Shown: piece by piece, positions 1 to 7,713 of the stretch | Layout of the letters: each line of letters opens with the position of its first letter | Position numbering within the stretch: position 1 is the stretch's first letter | Source of the DNA: a bacterium | GTDB lineage: Bacteria > Patescibacteriota > Minisyncoccia > Phycocordibacterales > UBA9973 | DNA length: 64,000 nucleotides | Assembly (NCBI GenBank): GCA_037127795.1 | Contig: JBAXXQ010000001.1 | Location: 144,252-208,251, forward strand | Reading direction: 5' to 3' | Program-made: the position numbers and the translations under genes | Notes under the pieces: model-generated | Database searches by the model: none | Seen by the model: the letters and a program-made list of their open reading frames with translations, nothing else | What the model was told of the DNA's origin: nothing

Positions 1-52
1 GAGTTATCCAGCTCGCTGATGGGGTGATAGTCTCAGATAAGATGCGCAAATA

Positions 53-847
53 GTGATATACTATAGGTATATGACAGAACAACACAAAATGTATATCGTA
101 AAAACTATTATTGGAGTAGGGGTATTACTTGGTATTTTTCTTATAACAGAGTCTTTGTATACGTACAAGCAAATGCGTGATTTACAGGGAGTAAATACTA
201 TTACAGTAAATGGTACTGGTAAGGTAGAAAAAGCTCCTGATACTGCTCGTGTGTCATTTACTATCGAAGACACACAAAAAACTCTCGCACCAGCACAAGA
301 TATCGTAAGTAAAAAAATAGATGCCGTTACGACAAGTCTTTCTACTATCGGTATTGAAAAAAAAGACATAACAACAGATAGCTATAGCTCATACCCAGAA
401 TATACATACCCACAAGCAGTGTGTACTATCAGTGGTTGTACCAATCCAAGTCCTATTTTGAAAGGGTACCATGTTGCACATGCGGTAACTATCAAAGTAA
501 AAGATCTCACAAAAACAGATGATGTGCTCACTGCATTAGGGAAAATAGGAGTAACCAATATGTCTGGTCCAAATTTTGGTTTTGATGATGACAAGGCTAT
601 TGCACGTGAAGCTCGTGATCTCGCAATTACAGATGCGCAAACAGAAGCAAGTAAGCTCGCAAAAAGTCTCGGCGTACACCTTGTACGTGTTGTTTCGTTT
701 AACGAAGGGGGAAGTAATGTCCCAAGTCCTATGTACAATACAATGGCGGCATCTGCTGCTCCTATGGCAAAGTCTGATACTGTTTCTATTCCTACTGGTT
801 CTCAAAAGGTAGAAACAAACATCTCTATCACTTACGAAATACGATAA
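53..847 (+). CDS. SIMPL/DUF541-domain periplasmic protein (YggE-like)
   Basis: 264-aa ORF with N-terminal TM/signal segment and KVEKAPDTARVSFTIE-type SIMPL motif; real start probably the ATG at 71 or 89. Confidence 0.6.
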   Translation: MIYYRYMTEQHKMYIVKTIIGVGVLLGIFLITESLYTYKQMRDLQGVNTITVNGTGKVEKAPDTARVSFTIEDTQKTLAPAQDIVSKKIDAVTTSLSTIGIEKKDITTDSYSSYPEYTYPQAVCTISGCTNPSPILKGYHVAHAVTIKVKDLTKTDDVLTALGKIGVTNMSGPNFGFDDDKAIAREARDLAITDAQTEASKLAKSLGVHLVRVVSFNEGGSNVPSPMYNTMAASAAPMAKSDTVSIPTGSQKVETNISITYEIR

Positions 848-870
848 ATCAAATACACAGATAATGATAC

Positions 871-903
871 AAAAAAGCCTTACTAGAATAAGGCTTTTTT
901 GTA
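871..903 (+). terminator. Rho-independent terminator
   Basis: aaaaaagccttactagaataaggctttttt hairpin plus U-tract directly after the stop at 847. Confidence 0.7.
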
Positions 904-979
904 TATTGACATTTTTATATAAATATGCTAATATAATAAGTATAGGGTTCTTTAATTTTTTAAATCGGTGAGGTGCTTT

Positions 980-1657
980 ATGCATAGTAACCACAAAACA
1001 AAGCAAATGGAAAAAACTGCAACAAGCGGACAATTCCGTACACTAGTGGGCGGTTTGCTCACTACAAATGATGAAGCTATCAATACCATTGATGGTGAAT
1101 TAATTCAGAAGGCCATAAATGAAATGGGGAATGGATCAACGAGAGCCGAGTTTATCAAATGGATAAATAATGGCTGCCGACTTACGCCAGTACTTACAAA
1201 TACATTTACCGTTGGTGATGTGTTCAATAATAAAGTCAGTAAAGAGGGTACGTCTTTATTTTTTAGTGATAATTTTAAAGAATGGATTATTAATCCGTTT
1301 TATAAAAAAAATATTACTATTCCTTCATTTTCATGTAAAAAAGTGTTTGAATATCTTATACCAGAAAATATAAATGGTTCTGAGGTTGATGAAAGAAATT
1401 TTACTCCTGCATCAATGGAGATAGAAGATTTTTTATTGATTTTATACCTGTTTATTTTTCAACCAATACTGGGAAAAGAGTTATTTGGGTATGAATTAGA
1501 AAAAGAACAACATTATATGTTTCATGTTCTATTGAATGGTAAAAAAATCACTTGTTTTTTATCAAAATACGGTGGTGGTTATAATTTTAATGCTCGTATT
1601 TTTAATTTCAGTACATGGTATACTGGCCGCTTATTTCTTTGTTTAATTAATAAATAA
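980..1657 (+). CDS. hypothetical protein (AT-rich, N/K/F-rich orphan)
   Basis: Complete ORF with no recognisable motifs; composition more AT-rich than neighbours; its own terminator at 1672-1712; start uncertain (GTG 968, ATG 980 or ATG 1007). Confidence 0.4.
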   Translation: MHSNHKTKQMEKTATSGQFRTLVGGLLTTNDEAINTIDGELIQKAINEMGNGSTRAEFIKWINNGCRLTPVLTNTFTVGDVFNNKVSKEGTSLFFSDNFKEWIINPFYKKNITIPSFSCKKVFEYLIPENINGSEVDERNFTPASMEIEDFLLILYLFIFQPILGKELFGYELEKEQHYMFHVLLNGKKITCFLSKYGGGYNFNARIFNFSTWYTGRLFLCLINK

Positions 1658-1671
1658 GCATTTTATTTATT

Positions 1672-1712
1672 AAAAACACCCTAATATCTGTTGATATATA
1701 GGGTGTTTTTTC
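1672..1712 (+). terminator. Rho-independent terminator (AAAAACACCCT...AGGGTGTTTTT family)
   Basis: aaaaacaccctaatatctgttgatatatagggtgtttttt; one of five hairpins in the window with the same stem sequence. Confidence 0.7.
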
Positions 1713-1734
1713 TATTTGACTAAAAACCACTCTT
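1705..1734 (+). promoter_or_regulatory. sigma70-like promoter upstream of secE-nusG-rplK
   Basis: TTGACT, 17-nt spacer, TATTAT, about 65 nt upstream of secE. Confidence 0.45.
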
Positions 1735-1798
1735 TTGGTATTATACCAATATACAGCCTTTCGGGGCGGTTTTTAGTAAGGGCGAAATAATACACAAT

Positions 1799-1981
1799 AT
1801 GAACAAAATAATCACATTTTTAAGAGAAACAAAAGTTGAGATGGGTCGTGTCGAATGGCCAACAAAACACCGCGCTCTTATATATGCTGCTGTAGTGATC
1901 CTATTTTCACTCGGACTTGGATATGCACTCGGTGGATTCGATACTCTCTTGCAAGCTGGATTACAAAAGATTCTTTTTTAA
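1799..1981 (+). CDS. secE: preprotein translocase subunit SecE
   Basis: 60-aa single-TM protein (VEMGRVEWPTKHRALIYAAVVILFSLGLG...) immediately upstream of nusG in the conserved arrangement. Confidence 0.85.
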   Translation: MNKIITFLRETKVEMGRVEWPTKHRALIYAAVVILFSLGLGYALGGFDTLLQAGLQKILF

Positions 1982-2002
1982 TAGCTCATTACCTATATTT
2001 TT

Positions 2003-2554
2003 ATGTCATCAAAACAAGAACAAACAGGAGAACGACACTGGTACGCTATCCACACATACTCAGGATATGAGAATGCAGTGCTTCGTAATCTTCGCCAACG
2101 TATCGAAAGTCTTGCTATGCAAGATAAAATCTTTCGCGTAGTAGTACCTGTAGAAAAAAAGATTAAAATCAAAGCAGGGAAGCGTGTAGAAGTAGAAGAA
2201 AAAGTATATCCAGGATACGTACTCGTAGATATGATTGTTGATGATGAATCATGGTTCGTAGTTCGTAATACTCCTCGTGTGACAGGTTTCGTTGGTTCAG
2301 GTGTTACTCCGGTTCCTCTTACTCAAAAAGAAATTGATCAATTCCTTGGTCAAATGGAAGATCCAAGTCAAGCAAAACACACTATTGATCTCGAAGTTGA
2401 TGAAATTATTATCATCAATGATGGTCCATTCAAAGAACTCGAAGGTAAGGTTTCTGAAGTTGACCATGATCGAGGAAAGGTCAAGGTTATGGTTTCTCTC
2501 TTTGGTCGCGAGACTCCAGTAGAGCTCGACTTCTTGCAAGTGAAGAAATTATAA
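2003..2554 (+). CDS. nusG: transcription termination/antitermination factor NusG
   Basis: NGN domain (WYAIHTYSGYENAV) and C-terminal KOW (GPFKELEGKVSEVD); conserved position between secE and rplK. Confidence 0.95.
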   Translation: MSSKQEQTGERHWYAIHTYSGYENAVLRNLRQRIESLAMQDKIFRVVVPVEKKIKIKAGKRVEVEEKVYPGYVLVDMIVDDESWFVVRNTPRVTGFVGSGVTPVPLTQKEIDQFLGQMEDPSQAKHTIDLEVDEIIIINDGPFKELEGKVSEVDHDRGKVKVMVSLFGRETPVELDFLQVKKL

Positions 2555-2611
2555 GGTATAGTAGCGACTGTTACGCTAATGCTTCTACTTTAGCACTAAT
2601 ACAAAACATAT

Positions 2612-3037
2612 ATGGCAAAAAATATTACAAAGAAAATTAAATTAATGGCAATGGGAGGGATGGCAACTCCAGCCCCACCACTAGGTCCCGCACTTGGACA
2701 AGCAGGGGTAAATATCTCTGATTTCGTACAAAAATTCAATGCTGCAACACAAGAGCAAAAAGGGGAACGAGTTGGAGTAAAGATTACTGTATACGAAGAT
2801 CGTACATATGATTTTCGTGTTACTACTCCTCCAACAACAGATCTTCTTTTGAAGGCTGCTGGTATTACCAAAGGTTCAGCAAAACCTCGCACATCAAAAG
2901 CAGGGAAGGTGACTCGTGAGCAAGTTCGTGCAATTGCAGAACGCAAAATGCCAGACCTCAATGCAAACGATATCGAAGCTGCAATGAAGATTGTAGAAGG
3001 TTCAGCTCGAAGTTCAGGTATCGAAGTTATTGGATAA
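2612..3037 (+). CDS. rplK: 50S ribosomal protein L11
   Basis: PAPPLGPALGQAGVNI and ITVYEDRTYDFRVTTPP motifs are diagnostic of L11. Confidence 0.95.
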   Translation: MAKNITKKIKLMAMGGMATPAPPLGPALGQAGVNISDFVQKFNAATQEQKGERVGVKITVYEDRTYDFRVTTPPTTDLLLKAAGITKGSAKPRTSKAGKVTREQVRAIAERKMPDLNANDIEAAMKIVEGSARSSGIEVIG

Positions 3038-3057
3038 ATAATTTCTCATACAAAAAG

Positions 3058-3092
3058 AAAAAGCCAATCAGGAAACTGATTGGCTTTTTTGT
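3058..3092 (+). terminator. Rho-independent terminator after rplK
   Basis: aaagccaatcaggaaactgattggcttttttg hairpin; no rplA follows, only a convergent minus-strand gene. Confidence 0.75.
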
Positions 3093-3093
3093 T

Positions 3094-3540
3094 TTACATA
3101 TACCTGTGTACCATATTTTCTGGTGTGATTGTATTCACTACAAATATGTTTTGAAAGACGAAGTTGTTTTTCAAAATTTCATATTGACTAGGTGGTACTA
3201 TAAAGCATATTTCTTTGTTTGTATTATCATCAAGACGTAACAATCCTTCAAATATTTTTGAAAAATGTATAACATAGGGTATTTCTCTACTATCAGAAAA
3301 AACACTTCCATAAGATACTTGTTCATTTTTACCATAAATATTTAAATCCTCAGTAATAACCTTTTTAAAAGATTTATACAGGTTATATTCCCAGATAAGA
3401 TTTTTTTCTACAAAGAAGTCTTTAAGATTTTTACTATGTGATAATTCCGCCGTATTATTTATTGGGTAATCTTTATTACCACTTACACCTAAAACAATTA
3501 GTACTACAAATTTATTCATAATTATTAATTTTTCAAACAT
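3094..3540 (-). CDS. hypothetical secreted protein
   Basis: ORF with a signal-peptide-like N-terminus (MNKFVVLIVLGVSG) when started at ATG 3540 or 3519; AT-rich, no known motifs. Confidence 0.4.
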   Translation of the reverse strand: MFEKLIIMNKFVVLIVLGVSGNKDYPINNTAELSHSKNLKDFFVEKNLIWEYNLYKSFKKVITEDLNIYGKNEQVSYGSVFSDSREIPYVIHFSKIFEGLLRLDDNTNKEICFIVPPSQYEILKNNFVFQNIFVVNTITPENMVHRYM

Positions 3541-3567
3541 TACCACAATAGGGGTTTTAATACAAAT

Positions 3568-3607
3568 AAAAAAGCGTAATATATATTTTGTATATATTAC
3601 GCTTTTT
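3568..3607. terminator. bidirectional terminator (perfect inverted repeat)
   Basis: aaaaagcgtaatatatattttgtatatattacgcttttt lies between the 3' end of dcd and the downstream gene. Confidence 0.7.
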
Positions 3608-3613
3608 AAGTTC

Positions 3614-4153
3614 TTAGTTTTTGAAATTTTTAAACATAAAACTTTCTTTAGGAAGATTCCCTTGGTTCGAATATTTCGCCCCATTTTTTTGTCCGTATTT
3701 TTGCTCTACTTCACCATCAACAGGGAAGTAGATCAGTTGCCCTATAGGCATACCTGCATAAATGCGGACGGGCATTTTACAAGAAAGCTCTAATGTCCAA
3801 TATCCACAAAAGCCTACATCACCTTTTCCTGCAGTTGCGTGGATATCAATACCTAATCTGCCAGTAGATGACTTACCTTCCAAGAAGGGGACATGCTCAT
3901 GTGTTTCTGTGTATTCTAGAGTTGCTCCTAAATAGAAACTACTTGGTTGTAGCACATATCCATCTTTTGGAATTTTAAAATGTTCGATTATGTTGTGTTT
4001 CTTTGCGTCCAACTCATTTGCTACATACATAGCTAAGTTTTCTGAAAGATGCACATCGTAAGAATTACTTCCCAAACATTCCTGCATATAAGGCTTGATA
4101 ATTATAGAGCCTTGTTTTATAGACTCCCATATTTTTTTGTCAGATAGTATCAT
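3614..4153 (-). CDS. dcd: dCTP deaminase
   Basis: Aligns along its length with E. coli Dcd (MILSDKKIWESIKQGSIIIKP; SSTGRLGIDIHATAGKGDVGFCGYWTLEL; KYSNQ); start set at the MILSD methionine. Confidence 0.85.
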   Translation of the reverse strand: MILSDKKIWESIKQGSIIIKPYMQECLGSNSYDVHLSENLAMYVANELDAKKHNIIEHFKIPKDGYVLQPSSFYLGATLEYTETHEHVPFLEGKSSTGRLGIDIHATAGKGDVGFCGYWTLELSCKMPVRIYAGMPIGQLIYFPVDGEVEQKYGQKNGAKYSNQGNLPKESFMFKNFKN

Positions 4154-4242
4154 AGTACAAATTTTTATTTGTTTGTATACTACACCATTCTCAAATTTTG
4201 ACAAGTAGTACATTTTTATGTAGTATCAGAAAAATTGTAAAT

Positions 4243-4698
4243 ATGAGAAAGGTAAAAATTTATGTAGGGTGCGCGTTAACACATGCACCAAATAGTTTTA
4301 AGCAGGTAATAGAAGAACTTAAGACTGTATTACGCAAACATGAAGATGTTGAACTTTTAGATTTTATCGATGGATCTGTAGAACCAAAAAATGGTTTGAG
4401 TATTGAATCTCAGATCTATTTTCATGATATTCACAACTGTGTCGAGAGGGCAGACCTTTTGATTACAGATGTTACATATCCATCTATTGGTCTTGGTTGG
4501 GAGTTAGGAGCGGCTGTAGAAAGATGTGGTACGCCGACAATTATGTGTGTTCAGGGTAACACACTTCTTTCAAGACTTCCTCGAGGAGCTGCACAACTTA
4601 GAGACTATGTTACATTGTATAAGTACAATGAATCTATTGTTGAAAAAGAGTGTATTGAATACTTATTTCAAAGAATAAAAATTCTTACTGGTAAATAA
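4243..4698 (+). CDS. nucleoside 2-deoxyribosyltransferase-like (NDT/DNPH1 fold) protein
   Basis: KIYVGCALTHAP and ADLLITDVTYPSIGLGWELGAAVERCGTPTI resemble the NDT motifs KIYFAGPLF and DxGTxxEIG; sits inside the dNMP gene cluster. Confidence 0.5.
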   Translation: MRKVKIYVGCALTHAPNSFKQVIEELKTVLRKHEDVELLDFIDGSVEPKNGLSIESQIYFHDIHNCVERADLLITDVTYPSIGLGWELGAAVERCGTPTIMCVQGNTLLSRLPRGAAQLRDYVTLYKYNESIVEKECIEYLFQRIKILTGK

Positions 4699-4699
4699 G

Positions 4700-4736
4700 A
4701 AAAGCCCGATACTACAAATTGTAGTATCGGGCTTTA
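4700..4736 (+). terminator. Rho-independent terminator
   Basis: aaaagcccgatactacaaattgtagtatcgggcttt hairpin. Confidence 0.7.
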
Positions 4737-4741
4737 TTGTT

Positions 4742-5266
4742 TTAAGATCTCGTATATTCAAAAATCTTAAAACTGTGAGAATTTTTTCTGCCCTTTAGGC
4801 ACTCTCTAATCATTTTCTTTTTCTTCCATTTTTCTTCGTCTAAGGGAAGAAAGAATTTTGTTCCATGGAATAACTCATTTATTTCTACTATAATAATCTT
4901 ATCTAGTAGAACAAATTTTTCTTCAAGGAACTGATTAAAGATATTTTCTCCTCCAATAATAAAAACTTTATTATGACCTTTTTGCTCAACACAAGAAAGA
5001 AGTTTCATAATAGAATCTTTATAAAAAACCCTCGCTCCTGGATCAGGAGCTTTTTGTTTGTGTCTTAATACAAACAGGTCTCTATCGGTAGAGGCCATGA
5101 ATTTCTGATTAATAACCTTACTTGTGTTTTTACCTATTACACAGGCATTATTTTTGGTAAGCTCGTTAAAGAACTCCATCTCTTCCTCGAGATGTATTTT
5201 TTTGAGTAACCCATCATTATCTATGATGTAATTACTTCCTCGAATGACATACAGTATTATTTCCAT
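4742..5266 (-). CDS. folA: dihydrofolate reductase (copy 1)
   Basis: DHFR fold signatures: IGKNTSKV..., VFIIGGENIFNQFL, HSFKIFEYTR. Confidence 0.8.
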   Translation of the reverse strand: MEIILYVIRGSNYIIDNDGLLKKIHLEEEMEFFNELTKNNACVIGKNTSKVINQKFMASTDRDLFVLRHKQKAPDPGARVFYKDSIMKLLSCVEQKGHNKVFIIGGENIFNQFLEEKFVLLDKIIIVEINELFHGTKFFLPLDEEKWKKKKMIRECLKGRKNSHSFKIFEYTRS

Positions 5267-5356
5267 GATGTATTTATTTGTTTGTATACTACATCTTTTT
5301 TATTTTTTAGCAAATTAACAAATAAAGCCCTTGAAAAATATTCCAAGGGCTTTTTA

Positions 5357-5887
5357 TTATTTTGTATATCTCACGATTTCAAAATCATGAGAATCTTTTT
5401 CGCTCTTATGTGTAAAAAGAAGTATTTCACGGTTTCTCCAAACACTTCTGTCTATTACAGGAAAGAAAGTGTCTCCTTCAAATTCCGCAGAAATCTCTGT
5501 TGCAATTATTTCGTCTATAGTGACTTCTTTTTCAAGTATTGCTTCAGAGTAAATCTCGCCACCGCCAATAATGAAGCATTTTGTGTGACCGGACGCTTCA
5601 GCAGCTTCTACTCCTTCTTTAAGAGATTTTCTTGTAAAGACTCTCTCGTGAGGGTCAACATTTTTTACCGTTCTTGATAAGACAATATTGTCTCTTCCTG
5701 GAAGGGGACGAACAAAGCGGGGTAGGGACATATATGTCTTCTTCCCCATAATTAACGCATGGCCAGATCCTTCAGTTGTTAATTCTTTAAAATTTTCTAA
5801 ATCTGTAGGAAGTTTCCATCCTGCTAATTTGCCATCTTTTCCGATAACCCAATTTTGCCCATAGGCAACAACAATAATTTTTTTCAT
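5357..5887 (-). CDS. folA: dihydrofolate reductase (copy 2, divergent paralog)
   Basis: KIIVVAYGQNWVIGKDGKLAGWKLPTDL, IMGKKTYMSL, CFIIGGGEIYSEAI, HDFEIVRYTK; adjacent to thyA. Confidence 0.8.
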   Translation of the reverse strand: MKKIIVVAYGQNWVIGKDGKLAGWKLPTDLENFKELTTEGSGHALIMGKKTYMSLPRFVRPLPGRDNIVLSRTVKNVDPHERVFTRKSLKEGVEAAEASGHTKCFIIGGGEIYSEAILEKEVTIDEIIATEISAEFEGDTFFPVIDRSVWRNREILLFTHKSEKDSHDFEIVRYTK

Positions 5888-5987
5888 TTTATAAAGTTTT
5901 ATTTGTTTGTATATTACACGGTTTTACTTTTTTTACAAGAAAAATCCCCCTACAAGACAAAGCGAGTAAGGGGATGTGTTTTTACTT

Positions 5988-6836
5988 TTATACAGCAATA
6001 GGAGCCTTTATCCCTGGGTGACACTGATAATTTTCAAGTGTAAAGTCTTCATATTTAAAAGAGAAGATATCTTTCACTTCAGGATTGATCTTTATTGTAG
6101 GGAGTGCAAAAGGCTCTCTACTAAGTTGTAGGTCAACCTGTTCAAAATGATTATTGTATATGTGCACATCTCCAAAAGAATGTACAAAATCACCATATTT
6201 CAGATCGCAAACTTGCGCAATCATCATTGTCAGTAATGCATAAGATGCAATATTGAAAGGTACTCCAAGAAAAACATCAGCACTGCGCTGATATAGCTGG
6301 CAACTTAGTTTACCATTGGCAACATAAAACTGAAATAAGCAGTGACACGGCATAAGTGCCATATGGGGCAAATCAGCAACATTCCATGCAGATACAATAA
6401 GTCTTCTACTGTCTGGTGTTTTTTTAATCATGTTGATCAAATCTGTTATTTGGTCAATTGATTGTTTCTGATAGCTTTCTGGAACCCATTCTTCTTTTTC
6501 ACCTCTGTGGCCAGGAATAAAAACAATATTGTCCCAACTTCGCCATTGCTTTCCATATACAGGACCAAGATTGCCGTTTTCATCAGCCCACTCGTCCCAG
6601 ATTTTTACACCATTATCGGTTAAAAATTTTGTATTTGTGTCTCCCTGAAGAAACCACAATAACTCATAAATAATTGATTTTAGGTGCATTTTTTTAGTTG
6701 TAATTAATGGAAACCCTTGATTGAGATCAAATCTCATCTGGTGTCCAAAAATACTCCTTGTTCCTGTGCCTGTACGGTCAGTCTTATCTGTACCGTTGTC
6801 TCTAATGTGCTGTAAAAGCTCATGATAAAGTTTCAT
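5988..6836 (-). CDS. thyA: thymidylate synthase (ThyA type)
   Basis: Near-identical to the E. coli ThyA core ([19 protein letters not shown]...[26 protein letters not shown]...[19 protein letters not shown]). Confidence 0.95.
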   Translation of the reverse strand: MKLYHELLQHIRDNGTDKTDRTGTGTRSIFGHQMRFDLNQGFPLITTKKMHLKSIIYELLWFLQGDTNTKFLTDNGVKIWDEWADENGNLGPVYGKQWRSWDNIVFIPGHRGEKEEWVPESYQKQSIDQITDLINMIKKTPDSRRLIVSAWNVADLPHMALMPCHCLFQFYVANGKLSCQLYQRSADVFLGVPFNIASYALLTMMIAQVCDLKYGDFVHSFGDVHIYNNHFEQVDLQLSREPFALPTIKINPEVKDIFSFKYEDFTLENYQCHPGIKAPIAV

Positions 6837-6949
6837 ACTTGTATAATTTAGTTAAAGAAAAATTTACCTGTAGATTACGCTTTTTTGAGTGTTTGTCAAT
6901 AATTAGTATTTTGTGCACTTCTATGGTTAAATTGAGAAAATTATTTGTT

Positions 6950-7645
6950 ATGAAAAAAAAGAAAAGAAGAGGCAATTTTTTTGTCATCGAAGGGGGTGAT
7001 GGTTGTGGTAAAAAAACACAAACTAAAATCCTTGTTGATTGGTTTAATGAAAATGGTCAACCAACAGAAACTATAGATTTTCCTCAGAGGTATGCTTTTT
7101 TTGGAAAACTTATTTATGAAGGGCTTGAAGACAATCTCTATGGAGACTTTGTTTCTTTGCACCCCAAAATCGCGTCAGTACTTTGGGCTGCAGATAGAGC
7201 TATCGCTGGGCCTAAACTTGAAGAGTGGTTATCTTCTGGGAAAAACATTGTAGCCGACAGGTATGTATCAGCAAATCAAATTCATCAAGGAGGAAAAATC
7301 CACGATGAAAAAGAAAGAAGAGAATTTTTGGCATGGCTTGATGAAATGGAGTTTGGTCAGTTTAAGATACCAAGACCAGATAAGGTGTTGTATCTTGATG
7401 TACCGTACGAGATTAGTCAGCGACTCATGCGTGAACGTCTTAAAAAAGGAGAAGCAAATCCTTTAAAAGATAAGCCTGATCAATACGAATCAAACATTCA
7501 ACATCAAGCAGATGCTCGAAGAAGTGCCGCTGGAATGTTGATAGAGAGTGGTTGGATTAAAATTCAATGCTCAGATGATGGTATTAATATGCTTTCTGTA
7601 GAAGATATTCATTTAAAAATCCGCAAAGAGCTTGGGTTACTTTAG
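6950..7645 (+). CDS. tmk: thymidylate kinase
   Basis: P-loop FFVIEGGDGCGKKTQ at the N-terminus, typical of Tmk; start set at the MKKKKRRG methionine. Confidence 0.85.
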   Translation: MKKKKRRGNFFVIEGGDGCGKKTQTKILVDWFNENGQPTETIDFPQRYAFFGKLIYEGLEDNLYGDFVSLHPKIASVLWAADRAIAGPKLEEWLSSGKNIVADRYVSANQIHQGGKIHDEKERREFLAWLDEMEFGQFKIPRPDKVLYLDVPYEISQRLMRERLKKGEANPLKDKPDQYESNIQHQADARRSAAGMLIESGWIKIQCSDDGINMLSVEDIHLKIRKELGLL

Positions 7646-7653
7646 GTTTCTAT

Positions 7654-7690
7654 AAAAAGGCTTGTATATTATGCAAGCCTTTTTCTTTTT
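7654..7690 (+). terminator. Rho-independent terminator
   Basis: aaaaaggcttgtatattatgcaagcctttttcttttt. Confidence 0.7.
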
Positions 7691-7713
7691 CAAATTAATG
7701 CTAGTATTACTAT

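Noticed and set aside
3655-3680. ggttcgaat T-loop-like motif suggesting a tRNA
   Set aside because: It lies inside the dcd coding sequence with no convincing acceptor or anticodon stems around it. No tRNA genes were recognised by eye; a tRNAscan run is needed to be sure.
3614-4213. Longer dcd ORF starting at 4213 and overlapping the divergent gene region
   Set aside because: Alignment to dCTP deaminases begins at the MILSDKK methionine (4153); the upstream 20 codons overlap the shared promoter motif.
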